From: Candidatus Woesebacteria bacterium
GTDB taxonomy: Bacteria > Patescibacteriota > Microgenomatia > UBA8517
Assembly: GCA_016926185.1 (NCBI GenBank)
Contig: JAFGPD010000042.1
Coordinates: forward strand, 1,985-65,984
Direction: 5' to 3'
DNA: 64,000 nt
Shown here: one piece after another, positions 26,058-36,634 of the stretch
How positions within the stretch are numbered: position 1 is the first letter of the stretch
Layout of the letters: every line of letters starts with the position of its first letter
Notes under the pieces: model-generated
The model's input: the letters and a program-made list of their open reading frames with translations, nothing else
Databases searched by the model: none
What the model was told of the DNA's origin: nothing
Translations under genes and position numbers: made by a program

Positions 26058-26981
26058 GTGAACAAACTCAAGTATATATTTTTGGGGATAATTTTGACCG
26101 CACTGATAATTGCCGCAGTATTGTATCTGGTTGGCTACTTTAATCCAAAAAGTGCAGGTTTATACATTGAAACGATACCAAACGCTTCTGTTTATGTAGG
26201 CGGTGAAGAGGTTGGAAGAACACCCTACAAAGCAACAAGTGACCCTGGAAATGTGACAATTAAATTGGTGCCTGAGTCGTTTGAAATACCTCTTGCTCCT
26301 TATGAAACAAAAGTTAACTTGGTGTCTGGAGTAGAAACTATATTAACAAGAGAGTTCGGTCAGACTAATGATCTTTCTGCTGGCGAGGTCTTGTCTTTTG
26401 AACGGGTTGAAGAAAGTCAAACCGGTCTTTCAGTTATTACCAATCCCGACTCGTCTCAAGTTATTATAGATGGTACTGTCAGGGGTTTTTCACCCTACAC
26501 AACAACCTCATTGCCTGAAGGAGAGCATATTTTAGAGATAAAAAGAGAAGGCTATGTGGGCAGAAATATGAATATAAATATCCGATCGGCTTATAAATTG
26601 ACCGCTGTTGTAAGTTTAGCACCGTCTTCGGAGGAATTAACTCAGGAAAATGAAAAAGACAAAGAAAGTTTGTTGTTGGAAAATGAAGAAAAAGAACCTG
26701 TTGCCAAGGTTACGATCCTTGATACAGGAGTAGGTTTTCTTAGAGTTAGGAAGGAACCATCTACACTTGCTGATGAGGTTGGCCGGGTTATTCCCGGTCG
26801 TGATTATGTGCTTTTAGGAACGGACGAAGACACCGGTTGGTATAATATTGTCTATGAAGTTGACGTGACGAAAGAAGCTTCTTCTTCTGGCTGGATATCC
26901 AATACTTATGCTGAGATAGTTGAAGATAAGCTAGATACAGCAGACCCGGAAGCAAAAGGTCCGACACCGACCCCTTCGTAA
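26058..26981 (+). CDS. PEGA-domain protein with a C-terminal SH3b-like domain
   Basis: N-terminal TM; two PEGA-like repeats (ETIPNASVYVGG..GRTP and TNPDSSQVIIDG..GFSP); LRVRKEPST..WY..GWIS. Confidence 0.85.
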   Translation: MNKLKYIFLGIILTALIIAAVLYLVGYFNPKSAGLYIETIPNASVYVGGEEVGRTPYKATSDPGNVTIKLVPESFEIPLAPYETKVNLVSGVETILTREFGQTNDLSAGEVLSFERVEESQTGLSVITNPDSSQVIIDGTVRGFSPYTTTSLPEGEHILEIKREGYVGRNMNINIRSAYKLTAVVSLAPSSEELTQENEKDKESLLLENEEKEPVAKVTILDTGVGFLRVRKEPSTLADEVGRVIPGRDYVLLGTDEDTGWYNIVYEVDVTKEASSSGWISNTYAEIVEDKLDTADPEAKGPTPTPS

Positions 26982-26983
26982 TA

Positions 26984-27919
26984 CTAAGGCATTGCGGATG
27001 CGTAGTATAAGATCGCGATTATGGAAATAAGCCAGATACCTATTGATAAGACCAAAGGAATATCTGTCAAAAGGAGCTTTTCTGGCGCCTCACTTTTATC
27101 TTGAAAAATTATGCTTTCGTATCTCATGATCCCGAAAATAACTATTGGAATGGTTGCCATCATGAGTTTGCTGATTGTTGTTGTTCTTGAAATCTCTGCT
27201 AAAAATAGCCATACAGAAAGGTCAACCGGCGGGGATTCAAAAAATGTGAAGAGCGCCCAGCTCATCCATGCCGCATTTCCGAACATGGTGACATATGAGT
27301 CGATAAGTCTTTTTGAATATCTTGTTAAACTTTTCCTTGTTGAGCCTATCATTACTTTGGAAACTACTCCCAGCTCGGCTCTTCTTTTTCCTGAGGCAAG
27401 AAATAATGCTACCGAAATTACACAAAGAAGAAACCACACAGATAAATGTGCATTTATTACGAAAGCCCCAGCATACACTCTGATTATGAAGCCAGAGGCA
27501 ATGATAAGGATATCGATTATTGAAAGATTTTTTAAGCCTAGACTATAAAGGGCCTGTATTGCCAAGTAGCTTAACGTTGCTGTAAAGAAAAGAAAGTTAA
27601 GCTGTGAGGCTATGTAAAGTGACGTTGAGGCTAAAACAAAAGCTGTAAAATATGCCGTTGAAATATTTAGTTTCCCAGAAGCGATTGGTCTATATTTTTT
27701 TATCGGGTGAAGTCTGTCTCTTTTTGCATCAAGAATGTCATTGAAAATATATGTTGCTGATGTTGTTAGACTAAAGGAAACGAAAGCGATCAAAACAATG
27801 ATAACGTGTGGTTTGCTTAGAAGATTTCCACTGAAGATCAGTGCTGCAAAAAGTGCAAAGTTTTTTATCCAATGAGCGGGTCTTGCTGCTTTTATTAATT
27901 CGATCGGTAAGTTAGCCAT
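26984..27919 (-). CDS. UbiA-family decaprenyl-phosphate phosphoribosyltransferase-like protein
   Basis: Motifs RPAHWIKN, YIFNDILD..DRLHPIKKYRPIASG, YSLGLK and KRRAE. Confidence 0.88.
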   Translation of the reverse strand: MANLPIELIKAARPAHWIKNFALFAALIFSGNLLSKPHVIIVLIAFVSFSLTTSATYIFNDILDAKRDRLHPIKKYRPIASGKLNISTAYFTAFVLASTSLYIASQLNFLFFTATLSYLAIQALYSLGLKNLSIIDILIIASGFIIRVYAGAFVINAHLSVWFLLCVISVALFLASGKRRAELGVVSKVMIGSTRKSLTRYSKRLIDSYVTMFGNAAWMSWALFTFFESPPVDLSVWLFLAEISRTTTISKLMMATIPIVIFGIMRYESIIFQDKSEAPEKLLLTDIPLVLSIGIWLISIIAILYYASAMP

Positions 27920-28977
27920 AGTAAAAATCCTCCTAGAATGGTCGCTACTCCAACAATTGTATAAAACTTATATGATGCGTTCAAATTGAGTGCAAGAATT
28001 GCCAGGATAAAAGTTGCTACCCAGTACACGATCGTAACCTGACTTTTGGATAGTCCCAGGTCAAGCAGTTTGTGATGAAGATGTCCTCTGTCACCCCAAA
28101 CTGGAGATTTTCCTGAAGCCAATCTCCTTATTATTGTATAGCCGGTGTCAATCAAAGGTATGCCCAAAACAACAAGAAGAGTTCCGATCTTGGCTGTTGC
28201 CAATATTGACAAAATTGCCAAAAGGAATCCTGCCAGTGAGGATCCTGAAAAACCCGGCATTATCTTTTGGGGGTAATAGTTCCATGGTAGAAAACCTAAA
28301 AATGCACCTGCTGTAATGCTGGCCAAGATTATTACTGGCCACTGGGTTATGTCTGCTGAGTAGTTTATGGACAAGGCTGCTATTGTCACAGAGGCGAGAA
28401 AGGCAACTCCGGGTAGCTGGCCGTCCACACCCTTTGCTCCCATATTCAGAAAATTCATCAGGATCACTATCCAAAAAAGGGCGAAAATATCAGAAAATAT
28501 CCATATATTCCTTATCTGGCCAAAAAGCTTAAAAGTTATTTGAGGATGGGAGAGATCGGTATGGCCAATAAAGGGCAAGTTGGCAAAAGCGATGCCTACA
28601 CCGAAAGCTATTGGTATACCTGCTGCAAAAAATTGAATTAGAAGTCTTTTGTATGGGTTTAGATTGTGCTTGTCATCCAGAAGTCCCAGGATAGTAAGAA
28701 CAATAGCACCTAGAAGTATTCCTATTGTATGTTTATCTATCGGTAAAAATATAACTGAGGATACAAGCAGTGAAATAAATATTGAAAGACCACCTGCTCT
28801 TGGTACCGGATATGTATGAATTACTTTTGGGTGATTGCTTTTTTTTGGATCGTCGATAAGTCCGAATTTATTGGCAAATTTTATAACATACTTAGTAATC
28901 AAAAAAGAAACACAAGTTGAAAGAACCAGTGGAAGGAAAAACAGTTTTATAAAATTATGCATATTAATAACTGCCAA
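27895..28977 (-). CDS. Polyprenyl-phosphate GlcNAc-1-P transferase (WecA/TagO, MraY superfamily)
   Basis: Motifs PVPRAGG, GLLDD, GVDG, GFLPWN and DRGHLHHKL. Confidence 0.9.
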   Translation of the reverse strand: MAVINMHNFIKLFFLPLVLSTCVSFLITKYVIKFANKFGLIDDPKKSNHPKVIHTYPVPRAGGLSIFISLLVSSVIFLPIDKHTIGILLGAIVLTILGLLDDKHNLNPYKRLLIQFFAAGIPIAFGVGIAFANLPFIGHTDLSHPQITFKLFGQIRNIWIFSDIFALFWIVILMNFLNMGAKGVDGQLPGVAFLASVTIAALSINYSADITQWPVIILASITAGAFLGFLPWNYYPQKIMPGFSGSSLAGFLLAILSILATAKIGTLLVVLGIPLIDTGYTIIRRLASGKSPVWGDRGHLHHKLLDLGLSKSQVTIVYWVATFILAILALNLNASYKFYTIVGVATILGGFLLWLTYRSN

Positions 28978-29365
28978 CTAAAAAGAAAATCTTAACTGTA
29001 GTTATTGCAGATAAAAATGTAATTGCAAAACTCACTATTATCAATGTTTTTTTTATGAATTCGTCCCTGGAAAAATAGGTAATGAGTGAATTTATGACAA
29101 TTACCGCTATTGAAACGACTGCGGGCAGGTAAAGACCGCTTTTGTTTGTAAGCTGACTTTCTCCTTCAGGAAACCCGTAATATAAGGGTACCTCGGGAGG
29201 GATTTTTCCACGAAAGAAGAACAAAAAAAGCAAAACCAGTAGGTTTACGAAAAGCGAAATATATATAAGTTTTAGGAAAGGTAGATTTTTTCTAAGCTCT
29301 TCACCTGCTTTGTTAAGAGGTTTAGAACCGCCTTTTTTGTTTTGTTTTTTCATATTTCCAGTCAT
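28964..29365 (-). CDS. Membrane protein (DUF1648-like)
   Basis: Three TM helices and the motif IPPEVPLYYG.PEGE.QL. Confidence 0.6.
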   Translation of the reverse strand: MTGNMKKQNKKGGSKPLNKAGEELRKNLPFLKLIYISLFVNLLVLLFLFFFRGKIPPEVPLYYGFPEGESQLTNKSGLYLPAVVSIAVIVINSLITYFSRDEFIKKTLIIVSFAITFLSAITTVKIFFLVGSY

Positions 29366-29428
29366 GACTTAGCATAATTTTACCTTTTAAAGCTTATTAA
29401 GTCACGAAAACAGGATGAAGTTTGTTTT

Positions 29429-30979
29429 TTAAATAATTGAACGCAGCCTGTCTGATATGAGGATCCAAATTGTTGCTCCATTTACATCTTTGGTTAAAAT
29501 ATAATTTTTGGAAACAAGCTTGTCTAGTTCTGCAAAGCCGGGAGAGTTTGGTAGAATAACAATCACTTTTGGCATAGTTACTCTTATCTGTTTTATTATC
29601 TCTTCATGGGTTGAAAAGTCATTAATATGATAGTCGGCAACGAATTTTATTGGCGGAAGTCTTTTTGATAGTGCATAGATTGCACTACCGTCTCCCCAAA
29701 CCAACATTTTTTCGTTTTTATCAGTATTTGAGCTGACAAATTCAGCAATTTCGTAATTCCTTTCAACCTCTCCTCCAAAGGTTTTAATATACTGCTGTTT
29801 AGTGGTATTACCTGTGGCAAATTTGATAAATCTAACATAGTAATTGACAGTTGAGTAATGCCAGAAGTCAAAATATACGGGGACTAAAAAGGTTATGGTT
29901 AGGGGGATAATAACGAGAGATTGTTCCAAGTCCTTTTTGAAAACCAGCATGGCTGCAAGGATCGAAATTGGCGCAACCGATTGTAAAAGGTAGTGCGGAT
30001 ACGGTCTTTCGGAGAGGGTAACTGCGAAAAGTGTCAAGAAAAGCCAAGAGCTGACAAACATAAACTGTCTCGAGAGCTTTTTGCGATATATATATAAGAT
30101 TACATGAGCCAAAGCGACGATTGCCGCGCGTGTGAGGAGGGGTCCATTTCTGACAAGGAATGGTTCACGGATATCTCCCGGCCTCCAGCTTGAAAGGTAT
30201 CCAACATTTTGCAGAAAGGCTGCGACAAGATACTCATGGAAAGCACCGCGTAACCAGTACCACAACAAAGTCAGAAGTATTGGTACCATAAAACCCGTGA
30301 GCAGATAAGCGATCTTTTTGATGATATTTAAGAGGACTTTGCGTTCAGGTTTGGCAATCGCTACCCACAGAAAGATAATTGCAGCCAGGTCAAACATTGC
30401 CGGAACTTTGAAAAGTGTAGCAATTGAAAATAAAACTCCGGCTATCACTAGTTTTTTTGGTTTGAGTTTTTGTTTTTTAATTGTTGGCTTAAGAAGAGTT
30501 AAGAATGCGGCAATGGTAAATCCGATCATGAAATTTTCGGCATTGGCAATATGACCCTCTAGTCTGGGAATGGTTGTGTATATAGCAAAAATGACTGTTG
30601 CAAGCTTTTGAAGATTACTTTTTTTGGGGTAAAGCACCTCAACAAATTTCCAGAAAAGAAAGATTGTGACCAAACTCCAAGTTGCAAGTATTGCCTTAAA
30701 CCAAAGCAAGTTACCTGCTAAAGCTGCCGTTAAATATAGTAATGGGGGTTTGTTGTCATGGATCTGGCTATAAAGGGTCAAACCTTTTCTTACACCTTCA
30801 CCAAGGCTTAGATATATCATTTCATCGCCATAAGAATAAGGTTCAAAGAATGTTGGTATCCTTAGAACCAATACAATGGCCATTAAGATAAATAGCCAGT
30901 TAGGGGTGTGAAGGATTTTATTTACTTTTTTAACCATTTTTAGTTTTAGAAAAGTTCTCATTATTCTTTTTCCAGCCAC
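29429..30979 (-). CDS. GT-C superfamily (ArnT/PMT-like) glycosyltransferase
   Basis: Multi-TM; YGDEMIY acidic motif, DNKPPL and YPHY. Confidence 0.78.
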   Translation of the reverse strand: MAGKRIMRTFLKLKMVKKVNKILHTPNWLFILMAIVLVLRIPTFFEPYSYGDEMIYLSLGEGVRKGLTLYSQIHDNKPPLLYLTAALAGNLLWFKAILATWSLVTIFLFWKFVEVLYPKKSNLQKLATVIFAIYTTIPRLEGHIANAENFMIGFTIAAFLTLLKPTIKKQKLKPKKLVIAGVLFSIATLFKVPAMFDLAAIIFLWVAIAKPERKVLLNIIKKIAYLLTGFMVPILLTLLWYWLRGAFHEYLVAAFLQNVGYLSSWRPGDIREPFLVRNGPLLTRAAIVALAHVILYIYRKKLSRQFMFVSSWLFLTLFAVTLSERPYPHYLLQSVAPISILAAMLVFKKDLEQSLVIIPLTITFLVPVYFDFWHYSTVNYYVRFIKFATGNTTKQQYIKTFGGEVERNYEIAEFVSSNTDKNEKMLVWGDGSAIYALSKRLPPIKFVADYHINDFSTHEEIIKQIRVTMPKVIVILPNSPGFAELDKLVSKNYILTKDVNGATIWILISDRLRSII

Positions 30980-32340
30980 AAAAACTTAAGGCCTTTTTCT
31001 TCCCATCTTGCAGTCTTAATCTCAGTATATCCCGGAAGTTCTATCTCTTCAATTGGCCCGCTAGTTGTTACACCAACTCTTTTTGCATTTGACGGGATAC
31101 TTCTTAAAATGTCACGCTCTTCCATAAGTGCGGTTCCGACAAAGTAGGGAAGGTCTCCACCTTCTGGTATATATATAGGAGAATCAAATCCATAATATTT
31201 AGTTTCCCAAAGGTGATGTGCTGAAGAATTCCAATTTATTGTTATATCACCTTCTTGGCGGGTTTGGGAAACGTATTCTCCGAGCTGTCTGAAAGGAAGT
31301 TTTTTGGGGTGAGTGAAATAATGAAGATCTATCACAAAAAAAGAAACTATTGTGAGAAAAAGGGGAATGGTGGAAATGTATTTTCTTCTTCCCGAACCGA
31401 GGATGATCATTGCACCCGGGATAGTGTACAGAAGGTAACGATTATAGAATATTGACTGGAAAAATTGTGAAACACCATAAGTTATAAGTATCGGCCCCAA
31501 AAACCATAGCAATAAAAATATGTTTTTTTCAATTTGTCTGTGCCACTTTCTTATAGCCAAAGTCGTAATAACAAGATATAAGACAATGTCGTAAAATTTA
31601 ACTCCAAGTAGTGGAATGGTATAGCTTAAGCTTCTATTTCCTAGAGCTAAGTACTCTGAGATCAGATTTGTTAGAGCATCTGCATCTGGCGTTCCTAGCC
31701 AGAACCCTCCACCTACCATTTTAGTTTGGTTATACAAGGGAATTAGCCATGGCAGATAACCAATTGCCGTGATCAGAAAAAGCTTAAAGACCTTTTTGCT
31801 GGTGATCCTTTTGCCAAAAAGCATTTCTTTGATCCACCAAAGCCCCTGAACAAAAACAGCAAAGAAAGCAAAATGATGAGAATAAAGTGCCCAGAGTGTA
31901 AAGAAAACATAACCAATTTTTGTAAGTAAGCTGATTTCTTTGGGTCTGTAGTAAATTTTAAGGAAAAAATACATCGAAGCCGTAACGCCAAGTGCCATTA
32001 TAGAATACATCCTTCCCTCAAATGCATACATAAAAAAGAAAGGATTCAGAAATGTTAAAAGTGCGACTATAAACCCTGTTTTTTTGCTGTAAAAAAGTGT
32101 CCCGATTTTGTAAACAAAAAACACAGTAAGAATGAAATATAAAAAGGAAAGTCCTCTTATGTAAACCTCATCTGTTCCAAGTGTGTTAAAGACTATCCAT
32201 TCGGTGATGTTCCAAAGAGGAGGTGATGTGTCTGTTGCGATTATTTTTATTATTTGGGGGAGTGATTTCATTGAAAGGATCGCAGAAAAACCCTCATCAC
32301 CCCAAATAGATTGATTAAAGACAGTTTCTGCAGGCAACAT
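30961..32340 (-). CDS. GT-C (GT39-like) glycosyltransferase
   Basis: Multi-TM; SIWGDEGFS, DTSPPL, EGRMYS and RYL. Confidence 0.82.
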   Translation of the reverse strand: MLPAETVFNQSIWGDEGFSAILSMKSLPQIIKIIATDTSPPLWNITEWIVFNTLGTDEVYIRGLSFLYFILTVFFVYKIGTLFYSKKTGFIVALLTFLNPFFFMYAFEGRMYSIMALGVTASMYFFLKIYYRPKEISLLTKIGYVFFTLWALYSHHFAFFAVFVQGLWWIKEMLFGKRITSKKVFKLFLITAIGYLPWLIPLYNQTKMVGGGFWLGTPDADALTNLISEYLALGNRSLSYTIPLLGVKFYDIVLYLVITTLAIRKWHRQIEKNIFLLLWFLGPILITYGVSQFFQSIFYNRYLLYTIPGAMIILGSGRRKYISTIPLFLTIVSFFVIDLHYFTHPKKLPFRQLGEYVSQTRQEGDITINWNSSAHHLWETKYYGFDSPIYIPEGGDLPYFVGTALMEERDILRSIPSNAKRVGVTTSGPIEEIELPGYTEIKTARWEEKGLKFLWLEKE

Positions 32341-32476
32341 CCTGATATTAGTTTATCAGAGTGATGTGTGTTGTGTGAATATTTATTTTGGATAAGGTGA
32401 TATTTAGGCTTATAAAACCTTTTTTAGGACAAGTGTTTTGCGATTTATTGGTCAGTATCCTACGTTGTTATAAAAT

Positions 32477-33067
32477 ATGCTAAACATGAAGTACAAAAAT
32501 AAAAGTTATGGAAAAGATGAAATTGGAGGAGGCAGCTTTGAGGATGATGTTTTTGAACATTGCAGGTTTTCAGGACAGGATTTGAATTTTGTCTCCTTTT
32601 CGAGGTGTAAATTTAACACATGTGATCTTTCAGGATGCATTTTTAATATAACTTCTTTCTCGGAATGCGTGTTTCCAGGAAGCAAGTTAAGCAATTTAGA
32701 CTTTTCGGGAGTATCACTAAAAAGTTGTGATTTTTCGGAAAGTTTGATGAAAAATTGTATATTTCAGAAATTGAAAAATGGAAGCAAAAGCGTAAAAGCC
32801 AAATTGGATCTAAGAACTTGTTACTTTGAAAACGTCAGAATGGAAAGTTCGATATTTGTTTTGTCTAATTTGGAAAAAGTGAATTTTTCAGGAAGTGATC
32901 TTTCAGGTGTTGTTTTTGAGATGTGTGATCTAAGAAAAGCTGACTTCAGGGGATCAAGGCTTGACGGGATAAATTTTAGTGACTGCAAGCTTGAAGGTGC
33001 GATTTTAGATATTCAAGGGTTTTTAAGTTATGGTAAATCCAAAGGTTTCACTCTTGACAGCTCCTAG
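32477..33067 (+). CDS. Pentapeptide repeat protein
   Basis: Regular xxFxx/xxLxx pentapeptides (e.g. CDLRK ADFRG SRLDG INFSD CKLEG). Confidence 0.9.
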   Translation: MLNMKYKNKSYGKDEIGGGSFEDDVFEHCRFSGQDLNFVSFSRCKFNTCDLSGCIFNITSFSECVFPGSKLSNLDFSGVSLKSCDFSESLMKNCIFQKLKNGSKSVKAKLDLRTCYFENVRMESSIFVLSNLEKVNFSGSDLSGVVFEMCDLRKADFRGSRLDGINFSDCKLEGAILDIQGFLSYGKSKGFTLDSS

Positions 33068-33081
33068 TTGCAAGATGTGTC

Positions 33082-34590
33082 TCAGACCTTGTCTGTAGTT
33101 TTATATTCTAATCTTTTACCAAACATGAGCATTGTTTGTGCGTGAAGCCCGGGCAATACACTCATTGGAAGAGTTATTAAAGGAAAAGTCACCCATTGCA
33201 AGACCTCTTTTATTGCCTTAAAGATAGTGTCAGGTTTTGCTTTTTTTGGGCGCAGCTTAAGATCAATTATTACCATGACAACCAAAGCGATGAGACAGAT
33301 CGTTAGGATCGACTCTGCCATTTTCGGTAAGTTGTAACCCAGAGAAGTTCTTGAGAATTCTGGATTAATCACTGCAGGTAGTGTTGCGCCTAAGGTCAGA
33401 AGAAACCAGTTAGTTGACCAAACCACGTGTGTTTCGATCAATTTATATACCCTCATAACCCTTTTAAGAGGAGGTATCTCGGGATGTCTGATCGACTCTT
33501 TAATTGCATAGGGTATGTCGCTTGCTCCCCAAGCGTGTCTCTTGCACTGTTTATATCTATTTTTCATTGTTCCAAGCCAGCTTTTAGATTCAGGAGCATC
33601 AATATGGGTTGGAATATAAATAGGATCAACCTGTACTTCACCTTTTGTATGAAAGAATGCCTGAAGGAAAAAATGCCAGTCTTCAGGAATAATGTCAGTA
33701 TGCCAGTAACCAGTTTCGTAAAGAAGTTCAAATGACATGCTGTAAACTGACTGGTTGAACACAAGTCTTGACGGTTCAAGTAGTTCGGAAATTTGTATAG
33801 CATGGCCGATAACACCAAGCATTTTTATTGGGAAAGGTATTTTGTGGAAATTGTTATACCAGAATAACGGTGATTGCCATATCTTTATATATCTTTTTTT
33901 ATCCATTGCAAATTGAAACCCTAGAGCTGCAAAGTAGTTAGGATGAAAAACGGTATCTGCATCACCTTTGGTAACTGTGAAATTTCCCAAATCGATGTTG
34001 AGTTTGTCCAAGTGTTTTTTAATTTGTTTTGCACCCCAGGTCTGATTAGAGGCGATGCCTCTAATTTCTCCGGGCAGGCCGTCTGGATGAAGAGTTGTAA
34101 AAAAGTATCCAAAACTTTTCCCGTAAATACTTTCAAGTTCTTTTGCTCTTTCTTTTGACCCTTCGGCTCTTTTTTCCAAAGTTACTATTACGTAAAGATT
34201 TTTGGTATCGATCTGTTTTTGATTCTTTAGAGAATCTAGTGGTTTTTTTAAGATTTTTACTGACTCATTATAAGTAGGTATTATTACAACGTGTTTTATA
34301 TCTTTCCAATTTTTAAACTTGGACTGATTTTTATTTTCTTCCCATCTTTTTTTCCAGTCAATTTTAGACCATTCCTTGACCATGAAATAGCCTATGATGC
34401 TAAAAAACGCCGCCTTGAATGACTTGAAAAACCAATAAACTATAAATACTAAAAGTGCATAAGCAACAATGTTTGGCATGAAAAGACCTCCAATTGCCGG
34501 AAGAAAGATTATTCCCCAAGCCAAAAGACCCGGGAATATTTCAAGAGCCCGTGTTACAAATTTTTCGTGTCTGTCAAGAAATTTTATCAT
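33082..34590 (-). CDS. Membrane GT2-family glycosyltransferase
   Basis: Motifs IIPTYNES, DAD, IPEDWH and QCKRHAWG (QxxRW-like). Confidence 0.85.
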   Translation of the reverse strand: MIKFLDRHEKFVTRALEIFPGLLAWGIIFLPAIGGLFMPNIVAYALLVFIVYWFFKSFKAAFFSIIGYFMVKEWSKIDWKKRWEENKNQSKFKNWKDIKHVVIIPTYNESVKILKKPLDSLKNQKQIDTKNLYVIVTLEKRAEGSKERAKELESIYGKSFGYFFTTLHPDGLPGEIRGIASNQTWGAKQIKKHLDKLNIDLGNFTVTKGDADTVFHPNYFAALGFQFAMDKKRYIKIWQSPLFWYNNFHKIPFPIKMLGVIGHAIQISELLEPSRLVFNQSVYSMSFELLYETGYWHTDIIPEDWHFFLQAFFHTKGEVQVDPIYIPTHIDAPESKSWLGTMKNRYKQCKRHAWGASDIPYAIKESIRHPEIPPLKRVMRVYKLIETHVVWSTNWFLLTLGATLPAVINPEFSRTSLGYNLPKMAESILTICLIALVVMVIIDLKLRPKKAKPDTIFKAIKEVLQWVTFPLITLPMSVLPGLHAQTMLMFGKRLEYKTTDKV

Positions 34591-34689
34591 TTGATTAAGG
34601 AGATCAAGTCAAAGACAATGTCTATTATATCAAAGCAGGCTATAAACTATTATGACCAAAAGCGATGGGATAATTATTAAAGGGGTTTA

Positions 34690-36153
34690 TCAGTCCAGTC
34701 TGGGGAAAAGAGGTTCTGAGTTTTTTATTTGTGTTGAACTAAATTGTGCCTCTATTTTTTCTGACGTTTCCGGCAGGAAAGGTTTCAGATCATATGCAAT
34801 TTGTCTGATTTTATCAATTAAATCAGATAAGACAGTCTCCCTTTCTTTATTATTCAATTCCCACACCTTTTTTTTGTTGATAAGCTTATCAACTGACGTG
34901 ATGTTGTCCCAAACATGTTCTAATGCGTCGTTGAATTTGTAATTTTTTAGTTTATTTTCCACCTCTTTACTAAAGGTTGGTTTCGACTTCTTGATGTCTA
35001 GCTTAAGATTTTTTGAAAGCCCTGCAACTCTAGCTGTTAGATTTCCAACACCATTTGCCAGATCAGCTTGATAAACTCTCTCAAAGCCTTCTTTAGTAAA
35101 ATCACTATCTTCAAAAGGGCTGATCTTTGCAAGAAGATAATATCTTAATGCGTCGGTGCCATATTTTTCTGCATATTCGATTGGGTCAATGACATTTCCT
35201 AAGGATTTGCTCATCTTTTGTCCCCCAGATGTGATAAACCCGTGGATTAGGACCTGTTTAGTATTAGGTAAGCCTGCTGTCATGAGGATTGCCTGCCACA
35301 TTGCTGACTGCTGTCTTAGATTGTCCTTTCCGGCAACCTGTATTGCTTTTGGATCATTTTTTGTTCCCCAGAATTTTTCGAATTTGTCTTTGTCTTCTGG
35401 CCAGCCAAGGGCGGAGATATAAAATGTTAAAGCATCAAACCAAACATACATTACGTGTTTTGGGTCGTCGGGAACAGCAATTCCCCACGGCATCTTTTCT
35501 TTTAGTCTGCTGACACTGAAATCTTTTAACCCACCTTCAACAAAGTTTTTTATTTCCTTTAGTCTGTTTTTGGGCACTACGAAATCTGGATTGTTTTTAT
35601 AAAGTTCCAGTAGATCATTTTGTAATTTGGAGAACTTGAAAAAATAATTTTCTTCCTCTATCAATTCGATCTCGTAAGTAGGGTGTAGGGGGCACTTGCC
35701 ATTTTCCAGATCGGAGTCCTGTTTTTCCAATTCACAGCCGACACAATATTTTGCTTTATATACTCCCTTTTCGATGTAGCCATTATCTTTACAAAGCATC
35801 CACATTTGCTGTGCCGCTTTAACATGATAGTCATCAGTTGTTCTTGTAATGTTATCGTAACTAAGATTCAAAGCATTTTTTAAAAGATCAAATTTTTCGT
35901 AGTACTCATCAACATACTCCTTGGGAGTTTTTTTATTCTCCTGTGCTTTCTGGTATATCTTTTGCCCGTGTTCATCAGTGCCAAAATTAAAAAAAACATC
36001 ACACCCCTTAAGTCTTTTGTATCTTGCTAGCGTATCTGCTTGGATGATCTCCAGAGCAAAACCTATATGTGGTTTGGCATTAACGTAAGGAGCGGTTGTG
36101 GTTATGTAAAAGGCTTTTTTATCTGATTTATGATCTGATTTTGTTTTGTCCAT
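34690..36153 (-). CDS. metG: Methionine--tRNA ligase (short, no C-terminal dimerisation domain)
   Basis: Motifs YVNAKPHIG, GTDEHGQK, YVWFDAL and KMSKSLGN. Confidence 0.96.
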   Translation of the reverse strand: MDKTKSDHKSDKKAFYITTTAPYVNAKPHIGFALEIIQADTLARYKRLKGCDVFFNFGTDEHGQKIYQKAQENKKTPKEYVDEYYEKFDLLKNALNLSYDNITRTTDDYHVKAAQQMWMLCKDNGYIEKGVYKAKYCVGCELEKQDSDLENGKCPLHPTYEIELIEEENYFFKFSKLQNDLLELYKNNPDFVVPKNRLKEIKNFVEGGLKDFSVSRLKEKMPWGIAVPDDPKHVMYVWFDALTFYISALGWPEDKDKFEKFWGTKNDPKAIQVAGKDNLRQQSAMWQAILMTAGLPNTKQVLIHGFITSGGQKMSKSLGNVIDPIEYAEKYGTDALRYYLLAKISPFEDSDFTKEGFERVYQADLANGVGNLTARVAGLSKNLKLDIKKSKPTFSKEVENKLKNYKFNDALEHVWDNITSVDKLINKKKVWELNNKERETVLSDLIDKIRQIAYDLKPFLPETSEKIEAQFSSTQIKNSEPLFPRLD

Positions 36154-36214
36154 ACATATAGTATATAGGTAAGTTAAAAAATATATAAATTTGAAAGTAT
36201 AAAACTTTGAAAAT

Positions 36215-36565
36215 CTATTTTATGAAGTTTTTGATCTTTTCTGCCCATTGATTTGCCCATTCTTCAGCCTCGATCTTTTCCAATGCAAGTTTAAGCCCCT
36301 TTTCTTCCATCTGAGTTTGTACAGAAGCTATGGTTGCTGAGCTTACTTTTAGATTTTCTTTGATATTGCTGTAGCTTCTGCCTTTTTTCAGCCAGTAAGC
36401 TATTGCCAATCTTTTGCTAAAAGCCTCCATCTCACTTTCGGTGAAAAAATCATTCAGAAATATTGACAACTCATTTCTGTCTTTCAGATCAACCAAGGCC
36501 TGTTCAAAGGTTTCTCTGATCTGCTTTTTTAAAGAAGCATTAAGTTTTTTGTCACTAACTCTCAT
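36215..36565 (-). CDS. TrpR/YerC-like HTH regulator
   Basis: FTESEMEAFSKRLAIA and SYSNIKENLKVSSATI. Confidence 0.82.
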   Translation of the reverse strand: MRVSDKKLNASLKKQIRETFEQALVDLKDRNELSIFLNDFFTESEMEAFSKRLAIAYWLKKGRSYSNIKENLKVSSATIASVQTQMEEKGLKLALEKIEAEEWANQWAEKIKNFIK

Positions 36566-36634
36566 TTTTGGTAATTTGCCAATTCAATTAATGAAACTAA
36601 TTACTTAAGCAGTATAGCAGTATTTTTTTTTGAT

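Noticed and set aside
32477-33067. Pentapeptide protein as a Qnr/MfpA quinolone-resistance gene
   Set aside because: The repeat pattern alone cannot assign this function, and there is no mobile context.
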